From: a bacterium | Lineage (GTDB): Bacteria > Auribacterota > UBA3054 | Direction of reading: 5' to 3' | DNA: 64,000 nt | Assembly: GCA_017963805.1 (NCBI GenBank) | Contig: JAGCTE010000037.1 | Coordinates: 30,074-94,073 of the forward strand | Shown here: one piece after another, positions 63,394 to 64,000 of the stretch | Position numbering within the stretch: the stretch's first letter is position 1 | Layout: the number at the start of each line of letters is the position of its first letter | Notes under the pieces: generated by a model | What the model was told of the DNA's origin: nothing | Seen by the model: only the letters and a program-made list of their open reading frames with translations | Databases searched by the model: none | Made by a program: the position numbers and the translations under genes

Positions 63394-63765
63394 TTATTTG
63401 GCGAAAGCGGCGATGGTGTACTCCGTCACGACCTTGCCGCCCTTGAGGTGTTCCTTGATGACGCGGTCCGCTTTCTCGGCGGTCATCTTGACGTAAGTGA
63501 CTTTGTCTTTCCCGGGTTCGAAGATCTCCACGACGGGCTCGTACTGGCAGATGCCGATGCAGCCGGTCTGGGTGACGGCAACTTCGCCGGAAAGGCCTTC
63601 CTTGTTGACGCCTTCGACAAAGGCGTTCAATACTGGCCTGGCGCCGGCCGCGATGCCGCAGGTGGCCATGCCGACCACCACGCGTTTCTGCGCGGAGCCT
63701 TCCCTAAGTACGACTTTGTCTTTCATCTTGTCTTTGATTGCTTGAAGTTCAGCCAAAGATTTCAT
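63394..63765 (-). CDS. Thioredoxin-like [2Fe-2S] ferredoxin subunit (HndB-like)
   Basis: 123 aa. VVVGMATCGIAAGA..VTQTGCIGICQYEPVV gives the Cys pattern of the small 2Fe-2S subunit found in hnd/hyd operons. Confidence 0.72.
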   Translation of the reverse strand: MKSLAELQAIKDKMKDKVVLREGSAQKRVVVGMATCGIAAGARPVLNAFVEGVNKEGLSGEVAVTQTGCIGICQYEPVVEIFEPGKDKVTYVKMTAEKADRVIKEHLKGGKVVTEYTIAAFAK

Positions 63766-63785
63766 AAGTTTTCCTTGAGTTGAAG

Positions 63786-64000
63786 TTAGTTAGATTGATA
63801 TTGTTCCTTTAAATATTCGTCTATCCATTTGATCACTTCGTATTCCGCGAGCGATACGCCGCCCAGCTCGTTCCTCAGTTCCCTCGTGTCGAGCGACGCT
63901 TCACCGCCCGGGAAAACGTGGCGGAAAATGAAGTCGGAATCGGGATGCCCCTGGATGAGCGTCGTCACGGTCGAAACGACGTCGCCCAAGGGGATGAAAT
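63786..64000 (-). CDS. Partial CDS (C-terminal 71 codons), function unknown; occupies the slot of the accessory gene upstream of hndB-like genes
   Basis: The reading frame stays open to the window edge; the M at 63989 in the track is a TTG inside a longer ORF. The C-terminus is ..FIPLGDVVSTVTTLIQGHPDSDF..EYLKEQYQSN. It may be the histidine-kinase-like ATPase seen in some hyd operons, but no motif supports this. Confidence 0.3.
   Translation of the reverse strand, partial: FIPLGDVVSTVTTLIQGHPDSDFIFRHVFPGGEASLDTRELRNELGGVSLAEYEVIKWIDEYLKEQYQSN

Noticed and set aside
59848-63783. 495-aa and 708-aa plus-strand ORFs across the hydrogenase locus
   Set aside because: They are antisense to hydA and hydB, whose translations carry unmistakable H-cluster and NuoF motifs. 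The plus-strand products are low-information Gly/Ala/Asp/Val/Arg-rich strings.

Overview
This is a GC-rich window with strong GC3 bias from the chromosome of a diderm anaerobe. No rRNA, CRISPR array, transposase, integrase or phage genes were seen. The gene content (PEP-CTERM proteins, TMTC-like GT-C enzymes, a full Kdo/Lpt set, an hnd-type [FeFe] hydrogenase) best fits the PVC group (Lentisphaerota, Kiritimatiellota, Verrucomicrobiota), but that placement is inference only.

Layout:
1. 1-7964 (+): a truncated low-complexity protein, an LptE-like lipoprotein, then a tightly overlapped rpmB-kdsB-kdsA-kdsD-kdsC-lptC-lptA-lptA'-lptB operon that ends in a strong terminator.
2. 8030-26412 (+): an ~18-kb co-directional unit, the most unusual content of the window. 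It holds three tandem ~1,500-aa paralogs, each with a signal peptide, an HExxHxxGxxH metzincin head, a LamG-like domain, PKD/Ig repeats, CarboxypepD_reg-like domains and a PEP-CTERM tail. A translationally coupled HSL-type esterase sits between paralogs 2 and 3. An OsmC-like gene and two GT-C-type membrane glycosyltransferase look-alikes follow (one DUF2723/TMEM260-like, one TMTC-like with TPR).
3. 26394-50232 (-): an almost gap-free minus-strand array. It contains a GT4; a small envelope operon (Zn-ribbon, DedA, OmpA-like and lipoprotein genes); tRNA-Glu; a 56-aa ferredoxin missing from the ORF track; a second GT4; an O-antigen-ligase-like giant membrane protein; a flippase; lepA; an AsmA-like gene; aspS; dnaX; an acidic protein; a second TMTC-like GT-C; a glycoside hydrolase; ridA; ilvA; and an esterase.
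4. 50365-55868 (+): a NifU-like gene, a GT9 heptosyltransferase, dapB, UDP-xylose synthase, an NDP-sugar dehydrogenase and a flippase.
5. 55858-59740: a divergent pair, an unknown secreted protein and a beta-helix lipoprotein.
6. 59815-64000 (-): an hnd/hyd-type [FeFe] hydrogenase operon.

Many long ORFs in the track are antisense artefacts of GC-rich coding DNA and were rejected. All family assignments come from reading motifs by eye; no searches were run.
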